This document shows positions 10,002-18,537 of a stretch of 64,000 nt of DNA, piece after piece; positions within the stretch are counted from its first letter, which is position 1, and every line of letters starts with the position of its first letter. This DNA comes from Acidimicrobiia bacterium (lineage in GTDB: Bacteria; Actinomycetota; Acidimicrobiia; Acidimicrobiales; Poriferisodalaceae). The DNA lies in the NCBI GenBank assembly GCA_022820505.1, contig JAJEFK010000014.1, forward strand, positions 80,206 to 144,205, read 5' to 3'. The position numbers and the translations under genes were made by a program. The notes beneath the pieces are model-generated. The model was not told where the DNA came from. It did not search any database and saw nothing but the letters and a program-made list of their open reading frames with translations.

Positions 10002-10811
10002 ATGACCGCGGACAAAGAACGTCTTCACTCAGTCGTCCACGACGGCGACGGCCCGCTGGCGCTTCTGGTGCACGGTGCGCTGGGCAGTCGCTCGTACTGG
10101 GACGACAACCTCGGCGCGCTGCAGGCGGTCTGCCGCCCGGTCGTGATCGAGCTGTGGGGGCACGGCAGATCGCCCAGCCCCGCCGATCCCGAGCGGTACC
10201 GGCCGCACAGCTACGTGGCCGAGTTCGAGCAGCTGCGCGTCGAACTCGGTGCTGAGCGGATCTGGATGATCGGGCAGTCGCTGGGAGCGGCGCTGGCCCT
10301 GCACTACGTGCTGGCGCACCCCGCTCACGTCGTCGGCGTAGTGCTCACCAACTCTTCTTCGGCCTTCAGCGAACCCGCCGTGTGGAGGGAGCGAACCGAG
10401 ACGATGGTGGAAGAGCGGGCGCTCGAGGTCGAGACGCATGGCATCGAAGTGCTGCGCGACAGCTGGATCAACCCGGGGCGATCGAAGCGCATCTCGCCTG
10501 CCGTGCGCGCCAAGCTGGCGGGCGAGTTCTCTGAGCACAACGCGACGGGGCTCGTCAACTCGTTCCGCTTCACCAATGCGGGAGTCCCGCTCGGGGACCG
10601 CCTGGCGGACGTTGCCGTTCCCGTGCTGCTCACCAACGGCACCGAGGAGGGCCGCTTCCAGCACCTATTGCCGAGAGCGAACCAGATTCCCGGCCTGGAG
10701 ATCGCCGATCTGCCCGCCTCGCACGCGGTGAACGCCCAGGATCCCGCAGGATGGAACGCCGCTGCCACCAGGTTCATCCGGCAACACGCCGACACACTGC
10801 ACACCCGCTAG
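10002..10811 (+). CDS. Alpha/beta-fold hydrolase
   Basis: LLVHGALGS oxyanion region and the nucleophile elbow GQSLGA. Confidence 0.8.
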   Translation: MTADKERLHSVVHDGDGPLALLVHGALGSRSYWDDNLGALQAVCRPVVIELWGHGRSPSPADPERYRPHSYVAEFEQLRVELGAERIWMIGQSLGAALALHYVLAHPAHVVGVVLTNSSSAFSEPAVWRERTETMVEERALEVETHGIEVLRDSWINPGRSKRISPAVRAKLAGEFSEHNATGLVNSFRFTNAGVPLGDRLADVAVPVLLTNGTEEGRFQHLLPRANQIPGLEIADLPASHAVNAQDPAGWNAAATRFIRQHADTLHTR

Positions 10812-10822
10812 AGGAGGCGCAC

Positions 10823-11986
10823 ATGGGAACAGGTCCGCTCGAAGGCATCACCGTCGTGGACGTCTCCAGCGCAGTCGCAGGCGCGTGGGTGTCGACGCAA
10901 CTTGCCGAGATGGGCGCCGACGTGCTGCTGATCGAGAAGGTGGGCGCCTCCGACGTCATGCGCCTGACCGGCGCGATCGTGGGCGATCAATCGGGCTGCT
11001 GGGTGCAGATGCACCGAAACAAGCGCGGCATCGACCTCGACATCCGCGACGAGCGCGGGCGCGAGATACTGCTGCAGCTCGTCGAGGGTGCCGACGTGTT
11101 CGTCCAGAACTTCCGACCCGGGGTGGCCGAGCGCCTGCGCATCGGCTACGACGATCTCAGCGCCGTCAATCCCGATCTCGTCTACCTGTCGGTGTCGGGT
11201 TTCGGCCCCGACGGGCCTTACGCGCACCAACCGGTGTACGACCCGATCATCCAGTCGCTGTCGGGCATGACCGAGGCGCAGGGCGGCGACTTCGTGAAGT
11301 CGGCGACAGCAGACAAGACCACGGCGATGACGGGCGCCAACGCAGTGCTCGGGGCCTTGCTGGCCCGGGCGAACGGCGCCGGCGGCCAGCACGTCGAGGT
11401 CAACCTGCTCGACTCGACGCTGTCGTGGATGTGGCTCGACTACTTCTGGAACGAATCGGTGCCCGACGCCACCCCGACGCCGTCCTACAGCGAGTGGTAC
11501 AGCCCCTGGAAGACCACAGACGGCTGGGTGGGCGCCATCTGGCCTTCGGACGCGCAGTACGTGCGGGTGTGCGAGACGCTGGGCGCGCCGCACCTGGCCG
11601 ACGATCCTCGCTTCGCCACACGCGAGGCCCGGATTCGCAACTCCAATGAGCACCAGCAGGAATTCGCCGAACTGCTCGGCGACTTCACCACCGCCGAGGC
11701 GCTCGAGCTGCTCGAGGCCGCCGACGTTCCCTGTGCGCCTGTGCTCGACATCACCGAGGTGTTCGATGACCCCCAGGTGCAGCACAACGGAACGGTGCTG
11801 ACCCACCACCATCCCGTGGCGGGCCAGGTGCGCACCACCCGCTTTCCGGCCAAGTTCAGCAAGACGCCTACCAAGCTCGAGCGCTTGGCCCCGGCCAAGG
11901 GCGAGCACACCGACCAGGTGCTGGCCGAGCTGGGCCGCTCCCCCGCCGAGATCGCCCAGCTCCGCAACGACGGCATCGTCGCCTGA
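10823..11986 (+). CDS. Family III CoA-transferase (single domain)
   Basis: GITVVDVSSAVAGAWVSTQLAEMGADVLLIEK and SGFGPDGPYAHQPVYDPIIQSLSG, with the catalytic Asp present. ATG at 10823 follows GAGGAGG. Confidence 0.85.
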   Translation: MGTGPLEGITVVDVSSAVAGAWVSTQLAEMGADVLLIEKVGASDVMRLTGAIVGDQSGCWVQMHRNKRGIDLDIRDERGREILLQLVEGADVFVQNFRPGVAERLRIGYDDLSAVNPDLVYLSVSGFGPDGPYAHQPVYDPIIQSLSGMTEAQGGDFVKSATADKTTAMTGANAVLGALLARANGAGGQHVEVNLLDSTLSWMWLDYFWNESVPDATPTPSYSEWYSPWKTTDGWVGAIWPSDAQYVRVCETLGAPHLADDPRFATREARIRNSNEHQQEFAELLGDFTTAEALELLEAADVPCAPVLDITEVFDDPQVQHNGTVLTHHHPVAGQVRTTRFPAKFSKTPTKLERLAPAKGEHTDQVLAELGRSPAEIAQLRNDGIVA

Positions 11987-12035
11987 GCGACCTCCGCTGC
12001 CGGCCGCACCTGCGAGCCGGGCAGGCCCGCTGGCC

Positions 12036-12941
12036 CTAGAGGCGGGCGAGGGCCTCCTGGACTGCGGTGGCCACCAGGCGACCGTCCTGCCAGAAGCGGG
12101 CCTCGGCGGTGCCGCGATTGCCGCCTGCCATCAGCGGTCGCTGCTCGCAGTAGATCCACTCGTCGGCGCGGGCCGGAGCGTGGAACCACATGGCGTGATC
12201 CAGGCTCACCACCTGCACTTCGCTGTCCAGCCAGGTGACGCCGTAGGGCACGATGACGTTGTCGGCGAGGCAGTCGTCGCTCATGTACGCGATGACCGCT
12301 TCGTGGATGGCCGGATCGTCGGGCAGCCGCCGAGGCGTGCGGAACCAGTAGTCGATGCCGCCGCGTGGCGAGGGCCCGGTCGGCGCCCATGGAGCGTGGG
12401 CCAGCCGGTATTCCACGGGGCGGGTCATGTACGACCACTGCTCGCCGAAGATCGGGCCCACCTCGGCGATGCACTCCTGGTAGGTGGGCAGCGACTCGGG
12501 CAGCGGCGCGTCGTCAGGCAACGGGCACTCGATGTCGACCTTGCCCGTCTCAGGAACATGGAAGGTCGCCATCAGCTCGAAGATGAGCCGGTCGAACTGG
12601 TGGGCCTGCGCCCGACGGCTGCAGAACGCCCGGCCGTCGCGCACGCGGTCGACCGTGTACTCCACCTCTGCCATGCCGTCGCCGCCCCGCAGGAACACGG
12701 CATGCACCGAGTTCATCAGCCGGCCTTCCTCCACGGTGCGCTGCGCCGCGACCACTGCCTGCGCCAGCACATGGCCGCCGTACAGCCCGAATTCGTCGAA
12801 GCCAGAACCCTTGCCTCGGAACGCGTCAGCCCCGTCGCCGTTGCGCTGCAGGTCCAACTGGTCCAGCAGTTCGTCCAAGGCCGCGTTCACGGCCCCGGTG
12901 CTGTCTGTCGCGGAGGTGTCTGTCGCGGGGGTATCTGTCAC
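12036..12941 (-). CDS. tesB: Acyl-CoA thioesterase II
   Basis: Double hot-dog TesB-like sequence (FRGKGSGFDEFGLYGGHVLAQAVVAA...). GTG start. The N-terminus carries a short TD(T/S)xA repeat. Confidence 0.8.
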   Translation of the reverse strand: MTDTPATDTSATDSTGAVNAALDELLDQLDLQRNGDGADAFRGKGSGFDEFGLYGGHVLAQAVVAAQRTVEEGRLMNSVHAVFLRGGDGMAEVEYTVDRVRDGRAFCSRRAQAHQFDRLIFELMATFHVPETGKVDIECPLPDDAPLPESLPTYQECIAEVGPIFGEQWSYMTRPVEYRLAHAPWAPTGPSPRGGIDYWFRTPRRLPDDPAIHEAVIAYMSDDCLADNVIVPYGVTWLDSEVQVVSLDHAMWFHAPARADEWIYCEQRPLMAGGNRGTAEARFWQDGRLVATAVQEALARL

Positions 12942-12970
12942 GGCCTAGTTCTCTAGCAGACAGCGCGCCG

Positions 12971-14443
12971 TTACTCGTAGCCCGGGGGCGAGACGAAACC
13001 GCCGAGGGTGCGTTCGATGAGCGACGCGTAGCGGATGCCGCGCCGGTCGCCCAGATGCGGCGCGACGACCTGCATGCCCACCGGGAGGTTCAGCCCGTCG
13101 GTTGTCAGCCCGACGGGAGCAACAGTGCCGGGCAAGTACACGCTGCAGCTCCAGCCGGCCCAGAACAGCTGGTCGACTCCGAGCTCCTGGCTGCCGTCGA
13201 TGTCGATGGTGCGGGTGGGACGGGTGCCGGTGTGGTCGTGCACGAATGCGGCCGATGCGGCGATCGGGCACAGCAGCAGGTCGTAGTCGTTGAAGAACCT
13301 CGCCCATGCGGCCCGGTAGCCCTCGCGCTTGTTGTGGTGCATGAACCACTCGCGGTGGCTCATCGTCATCGCATAGTCGACCAGCGACTGGTAGTCGCCC
13401 TCGCCGTCGTTGTACCGGTGGGCGCGGGACTGCGCATCGTTCCACATGGCATCGTCGGCCAGCGCGCCGGTGGCGGCGCGCAGCAGCATCAGGTAGTTCT
13501 CGTGGAACTCGTGCTGGTCGATGTCTGGCGCGGCTTCGCTGACATCGGCGCCTGCAGCCGCCAGCGCGTCGACCGCCTGCTGCAGCGTGTCGATCATGGC
13601 CGTCGAGTTACGGATCACCGGCGTGTCGAGCATCACGCCCACCCGGAACGCGCCCAGCGTGTCACGGTGCTCAGGCGCCAGCGCCACCCGGTAGCCGTCC
13701 GCGTCCAGTCCGGCCGGCCCGGCGAGCACATCCAGCGCAACGTCCAAGTCAGCAGCGCTACGCGCCAGCGGCCCGCACACGGCGATGTCGCTGCCCACCA
13801 GCGCACCGGGCACCGCGTGACCCCCGTCGGGCACCAGACCGAAGGTCGGCTTGTGACCGAACACGCCGCAGTAGTGCGCTGGATTCCGGATCGACGCACC
13901 GATGTCAGAGCCCAGCTCCAGCGATGCCATGCCGGTCGCGAGCGCCGCCGCCGAGCCGCCCGAGGAGCCGCCCGGCGTGCGGGTCAGATCCCACGGGTTG
14001 TTGGTGCAGCCGTAGATGTCGTTGAAGCTCTGCCAGTCGCCGAGCATGAGCGGCACATTGGTCTTGCCCCAGATCACCGCCCCGGCATCCAGGTATCGCG
14101 TCACCGTGACCGCATCGCTGTCGGCCACATTGTCGGCCCATGCCGGATTGCCCCACGTGGACGGTGTGCCGGCCCAGTCGAAGGCCTCCTTGATGGTCAT
14201 CGGCACGCCGTGCAGGGGTCCCCAGCACTCTCCCGCTGCGAGTGCGGCATCGGCTTCGGCTGCCCGTCGGCGCGCCTCGTCGATCTTGGTCACGATCACC
14301 GCGTTCACCGCAGGGTTGAATCGCTCGTAACGATCCAACGCGCCCTCGAGCGCCTCGACGGCGCTCACCTTGCCCTGCCGGATCTGCGAAGCCAGCTCGA
14401 CCGCCGGCAGAAGGTTCGGATCTGAGTTGTTCGCCCCTGTCAT
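12971..14443 (-). CDS. Amidase (amidase-signature family)
   Basis: GPLHGVPMTIKE and TPGGSSGGSAAALATG. ATG at 14443 was chosen by N-terminal length match with the other amidases. The alternative TTG at 14503 overlaps the upstream stop (TTGA). Confidence 0.8.
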   Translation of the reverse strand: MTGANNSDPNLLPAVELASQIRQGKVSAVEALEGALDRYERFNPAVNAVIVTKIDEARRRAAEADAALAAGECWGPLHGVPMTIKEAFDWAGTPSTWGNPAWADNVADSDAVTVTRYLDAGAVIWGKTNVPLMLGDWQSFNDIYGCTNNPWDLTRTPGGSSGGSAAALATGMASLELGSDIGASIRNPAHYCGVFGHKPTFGLVPDGGHAVPGALVGSDIAVCGPLARSAADLDVALDVLAGPAGLDADGYRVALAPEHRDTLGAFRVGVMLDTPVIRNSTAMIDTLQQAVDALAAAGADVSEAAPDIDQHEFHENYLMLLRAATGALADDAMWNDAQSRAHRYNDGEGDYQSLVDYAMTMSHREWFMHHNKREGYRAAWARFFNDYDLLLCPIAASAAFVHDHTGTRPTRTIDIDGSQELGVDQLFWAGWSCSVYLPGTVAPVGLTTDGLNLPVGMQVVAPHLGDRRGIRYASLIERTLGGFVSPPGYE

Positions 14444-14499
14444 CGCGCCGAGGCTATGAGGCTGAGCGGTCGGCTGGAGGGGCTGCCGCGGCGCCGGGT

Positions 14500-15834
14500 T
14501 CAACCCGGCAGCGCTGCGGTGGCCGCCGCCAGCAGGTGTGCGATGTCGTCGTCGGTCATGGCCAGGCTGAGACTGCCGAATCCCCCGCCCGACAGGTACA
14601 CGCCGCCCGCCTGGATGGCGTGCTCGAACCGTTCGACTTCGGCGGCTTCATCGCTGCTGAGGTGAGCGTCGCGGTAGTTGCGGATGTGCCTCGTGTGGGG
14701 ATGAACCTTGAACAGGCTCCCGCGGCCGGTCACCTGCCAGTCGACCCCAGCCCGCTCGATGGCCGAGCGCAGGCCGCTGCGCACGGCCTCGCCCATCTCG
14801 TCCAAGCGGGCGAATGCAGCGTGATCGAGCTGGTTCATCGTGGCGAGGCCGGCGGCCATGGTGACGGGGTTCGCCGTGAACGTCCCGCCCGATGGCACCT
14901 TGGCCCGAGCACCGCCGGTCCGCGCAAACGTCGACATCGGCCCCTCGCGGCCGGCAACCCCGCCGACGGGAAAGCCGCCGCCGATGATCTTGGCCACGGC
15001 GGTGATGTCGGGGTCGATGCCCAGCAGCGTCTGCGCTCCGCTGTAGCCCAGCCGGAACGAGATCACCTCGTCGAGCACCAGCAGAGCGCCCACGTCTCGG
15101 GTTGCCTCGAGCACCGCAGCAATGAACTCGGGCTCGATCGTCGGCAGCCCGACTTGGCTCGGCATCACGTCGAGCAGCACGGCAGCCAAGCGATCGCCGT
15201 GTCGTTCGATGGCCGCACGGGCACCCTCGGCGTCGTTGAAGTGGATGATGCCGACCTCTTCGATCACCGAATCGGGCGTGCCCGATGCATAGGGCACCGT
15301 GGCCGGCGCCGCGGCATCGCCCCAGTTGGTGGGATCGGACGCCAGGCTGGCCTCCGCGTGGTCGTAGGTGCCGTGATAGGCGCCTTCCACCTTGATGACG
15401 TTGGGCCGGCCGGTGAACGCCCGGGCAGCCTTGAGCGCACCCATCACCGCTTCGGTGCCGGAGTTGCAGAACCTGATGAGCTCGAAGCTCTCGACGCGAT
15501 CGCACAGCAGCGAAGCGAGCTCGATCTCGATGTCGCACGCCAGCGCGAACGCGGTGCCTCGCGCCATCTGCGCACTCACGGCCTCGACGATGGCGGGATT
15601 GGCGTGCCCCATGATGAGCGACGTGAAGTTGTTGTTGCAGTCGAGATAGCGGTTGCCGTCCACATCGGTGACCCAGGCGCCCTCGCCGTGGTCGACATAG
15701 ATCGGATTCGGCCGTCGCAGCAGCGTGGCGCGCGAGACACCGTCGGGGATCCACTGTTGCGCCCGCGCATACAGCGCAGCCGACTGTGCCTCTGAACGCC
15801 GATCGTCAGCCTTGGCGCCATTTGGTGCTGTCAT
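14500..15834 (-). CDS. Class III (GSA-aminomutase-like) PLP aminotransferase, 444 aa
   Basis: DVDGNRYLDCNNNFTSLIMGHANP, FCNSGTEAVMGALKAAR, DEVISFRLGY and the PLP-Lys context VAKIIGGGFPVG. Confidence 0.85.
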   Translation of the reverse strand: MTAPNGAKADDRRSEAQSAALYARAQQWIPDGVSRATLLRRPNPIYVDHGEGAWVTDVDGNRYLDCNNNFTSLIMGHANPAIVEAVSAQMARGTAFALACDIEIELASLLCDRVESFELIRFCNSGTEAVMGALKAARAFTGRPNVIKVEGAYHGTYDHAEASLASDPTNWGDAAAPATVPYASGTPDSVIEEVGIIHFNDAEGARAAIERHGDRLAAVLLDVMPSQVGLPTIEPEFIAAVLEATRDVGALLVLDEVISFRLGYSGAQTLLGIDPDITAVAKIIGGGFPVGGVAGREGPMSTFARTGGARAKVPSGGTFTANPVTMAAGLATMNQLDHAAFARLDEMGEAVRSGLRSAIERAGVDWQVTGRGSLFKVHPHTRHIRNYRDAHLSSDEAAEVERFEHAIQAGGVYLSGGGFGSLSLAMTDDDIAHLLAAATAALPG

Positions 15835-15914
15835 CGGCTCAGTGTCGCAGAACTGATCGCGCGGACGGCTGACCTGCTTGCCGCCTTCGTCGCTTGCTGG
15901 ATCGCCGAGGTGAG

Positions 15915-17081
15915 CTAGATGGCGCCGGCTCGGCGGTAGGCATCCAGCACGAGCCCATGGAAATGGTGCACGCCGTGCTCGGACAGCCCTGAGCCATCGG
16001 GATCACACACGATCGGCCCCTGGCTGAACGCCGGGGTGCGCATGCCCTGCTGGACGCTCTCGACGATGCCGATGTCCTCGGGCTGCAGCACCTCGTCGAT
16101 GTAGCGCATCGAGGAGATGTCCGCGTCGGTGAGGTCGGCCGACTCGAAGTAGAAGTCGATGGTCTCCGACGTGTGCTCGGGACCCGTCGGGATCATCTGC
16201 ATCACGCTGAAGTTGCCGCGCCCCGGGTAGCGCATCAGGCACGTATTCGGCCACAGCCACCACACCGCAAGATCCTTGACACTCGACCCCTCGACGTCGT
16301 AGGCCGAGTTGCCGGAATGGCCGGCGCGGGCCATGTGGCTGGAGTAGATGCCGTGCGTGGTGACGCGGTAGGTGTCCATCTCCACCAGCGTCACGAAGTC
16401 TGGATGGGCGACGTGGCAGTGATAGCACTCGAGGAAGTTGTCGACCACGTTCTTCCAGTTGGATGCGATCTCGTAGCGGAACCGGCGGACATGGGTGAGT
16501 TCGTTCACATCGGGAGCGAAGCGCGCGATCTCGTCGCCCAGACTCCCCGATTGCGCCCCCAGCGGCTCGGCCGCCGGGTCGAGATTGACGTACACGAAAC
16601 CGCCGAAGATCTCTGCCTGCACCGGCTGCAGGCAGATCTGCGACGGGTCGAAATCGGCGAGGTGATCGGTCTCGCGGGCGCGGTGCAGCCGACCGTCGAG
16701 CTCGTAGGTCCAGCCGTGGTACGGGCAGACGATGCTGCCGGTATTGCCGGCACCCGACAGCAGCACGTGCGCCCGGTGCTGGCACACGTTGTAGAAGGCG
16801 CTCAGCTCGCCGTCGTTGCTCCGCACCAGCGCGATCGGCATCCCTGCGACCTGCAGCGCCACGTAATCGCCAGGCTCGCGCAGCGACTCCGCATGGCACA
16901 CCCACTGCCAGCTGCGCCCGAACACCTCCCGCTGCTCGAGCTCATGCCAGCGCTGGTCGATGTACGCGTCGGCGTGCAACGACAGCGATTTGGCCGGGTC
17001 GGGGTCGTACCCGGCATCGATGGGGGTCGGGGCGGCAGGAGCCGCGGCCAGCGCGGCCCGAGTGTCTGTCATCACCCGCAT
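15915..17081 (-). CDS. Rieske [2Fe-2S] non-haem iron oxygenase, alpha subunit (GbcA/CntA/Stc2-like)
   Basis: Rieske motif CQHRAH-x17-CPYHGW and iron site ECYHCHVAHP (E-x2-H-x4-H). The ATG at 17079-17081 overlaps the upstream TAA (TAATG). The 823-aa ORF in the track is a read-through artefact. Confidence 0.85.
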   Translation of the reverse strand: MRVMTDTRAALAAAPAAPTPIDAGYDPDPAKSLSLHADAYIDQRWHELEQREVFGRSWQWVCHAESLREPGDYVALQVAGMPIALVRSNDGELSAFYNVCQHRAHVLLSGAGNTGSIVCPYHGWTYELDGRLHRARETDHLADFDPSQICLQPVQAEIFGGFVYVNLDPAAEPLGAQSGSLGDEIARFAPDVNELTHVRRFRYEIASNWKNVVDNFLECYHCHVAHPDFVTLVEMDTYRVTTHGIYSSHMARAGHSGNSAYDVEGSSVKDLAVWWLWPNTCLMRYPGRGNFSVMQMIPTGPEHTSETIDFYFESADLTDADISSMRYIDEVLQPEDIGIVESVQQGMRTPAFSQGPIVCDPDGSGLSEHGVHHFHGLVLDAYRRAGAI

Positions 17082-18415
17082 TATGGGTCCGGCATCGACG
17101 CTTCGGCGGCCCCGAGGAAGTGCTCGATGTCGTCGTCGCTGGTCGCGAGGCTCAGGCAGCCCAGGCCTTCGGCAATGAAATAGACGCCGTGTGACTGCAT
17201 GCGCCGGCCGAAGTCGGTGATCTCGACGGTCTCGTCGCTGGAGAGGTGCGAGTCGCGGTAGTTGCGGATGGTGCGACGGTGCGGGTGCACGCGGAACAGG
17301 CTGCCGGCGCCCGTGACCTGCCATTCCAGGCCGGCACGGTCGAAGATCGATCGCAGGCCTGACCGCACGTTCTCGCCGATCGTGTCCAGTCGAGCGAAGG
17401 CGTCTCGGTCGAGCAGCGTCATCGCCGCGTGGCCGGCCGTCATGGTGATGGGGTTCGCAGCGAACGTGCCGCCCGATGGCACCTGGGCCCGGTCTCCCGC
17501 CACGCGAACGAAGGTCTCCATGGGACCCTGGCGGCCGGCGATGGCGCCCACCGGGAAGCCCCCGCCGATGATCTTTGCCAGCGTGGTGATGTCGGGATCG
17601 ATGCCCAGCTTCGTCTGCGCTCCCCCGTAGCCCAGCCGGAACGAGATGACCTCGTCGAGCACGAGCAGCGTGCCCACCTCTCGCGTGGTGTCGCGTATCG
17701 CTCGGAGAAACTCGGGCTCGATGGCCGGCATGCCCACCCTGTTCGGCATCACATCCAGCAGCACCGCAGCCAGCCGGTCGCCGCCACGTCGAATGGCGGC
17801 GCGGGCACCCTCGGCATCGTTGAACGAGATGATGCCCACCTCGTCTTCCACCGACGCCGGCGTGCCCGCCGCGTACCGCACCGTCGGCGGCGCAGCCGCG
17901 TCGCCCCAGTTCGTGGGATCGGGCGACTGGCTGGCCTCGGCGTGGTCGTACGTGCCGTGATAGGCGCCTTCCACCTTGATGACGTTGGGCCGCCCGGTGT
18001 AGGCGCGGGCTGCTTTGAGGGCGGCCATGACCGCCTCGGTGCCCGAGTTGCAGAAGCGGATGAGCTCGAAACTCTCGACACGCCCGCACAGCAGTTCGGC
18101 CAGATCCACCTCGGCGTCGTTGGGAAACGAGAAGGCCGTGCCCCGCGACATGCGCTCCTGCACCGCCGCGGCAATCGTCGGATCGGCGTGACCGATGATG
18201 ATGGACGCGAAGTTGTTGTTGCAGTCCAGGTAGCGATTGCCGTCCACATCGGTCACCCACGCGCCGTCGCCGTGATCGACGTAGATGGGGTGCCCGCCCT
18301 TGCGCAGCAGCGTGTCCCGCGACGTCCCGTCGGTGATCGACCGCCGCGCACGCTCGTACAGCGCTGCGGAGTGGTCCGTGCGCCACGCCGCCGCCCCAGT
18401 TGGCGACGCCGTCAT
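17081..18415 (-). CDS. Class III (GSA-aminomutase-like) PLP aminotransferase, 444 aa (paralog of 14500..15834)
   Basis: Shares the same motifs with its paralog (DVDGNRYLDCNNNFASIIIGHADP, LAKIIGGGFPVG). Start at the ATG at 18415 (MTASPTG) leaves a 122-bp divergent spacer to the hydantoinase gene. Confidence 0.85.
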   Translation of the reverse strand: MTASPTGAAAWRTDHSAALYERARRSITDGTSRDTLLRKGGHPIYVDHGDGAWVTDVDGNRYLDCNNNFASIIIGHADPTIAAAVQERMSRGTAFSFPNDAEVDLAELLCGRVESFELIRFCNSGTEAVMAALKAARAYTGRPNVIKVEGAYHGTYDHAEASQSPDPTNWGDAAAPPTVRYAAGTPASVEDEVGIISFNDAEGARAAIRRGGDRLAAVLLDVMPNRVGMPAIEPEFLRAIRDTTREVGTLLVLDEVISFRLGYGGAQTKLGIDPDITTLAKIIGGGFPVGAIAGRQGPMETFVRVAGDRAQVPSGGTFAANPITMTAGHAAMTLLDRDAFARLDTIGENVRSGLRSIFDRAGLEWQVTGAGSLFRVHPHRRTIRNYRDSHLSSDETVEITDFGRRMQSHGVYFIAEGLGCLSLATSDDDIEHFLGAAEASMPDP

Positions 18416-18537
18416 GGGCGCCGTGCCTGTTCGAGCATCGGCCAAGTCTGTCACCGGTCCCGGCAACCAGCCGGTTTGCTGCGCCCGGGGACGCGTCTCA
18501 GGCGTCATTGCGGAGCCTTGGATGCGAGACTGATCAG

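Noticed and set aside
15915-18386. 823-aa ORF suggesting a large fusion protein
   Set aside because: Only the C-terminal 388 aa (Rieske oxygenase) is meaningful. The N-terminal part is an out-of-frame read through the aminotransferase gene, which is itself clearly coded in another frame (17081..18415).
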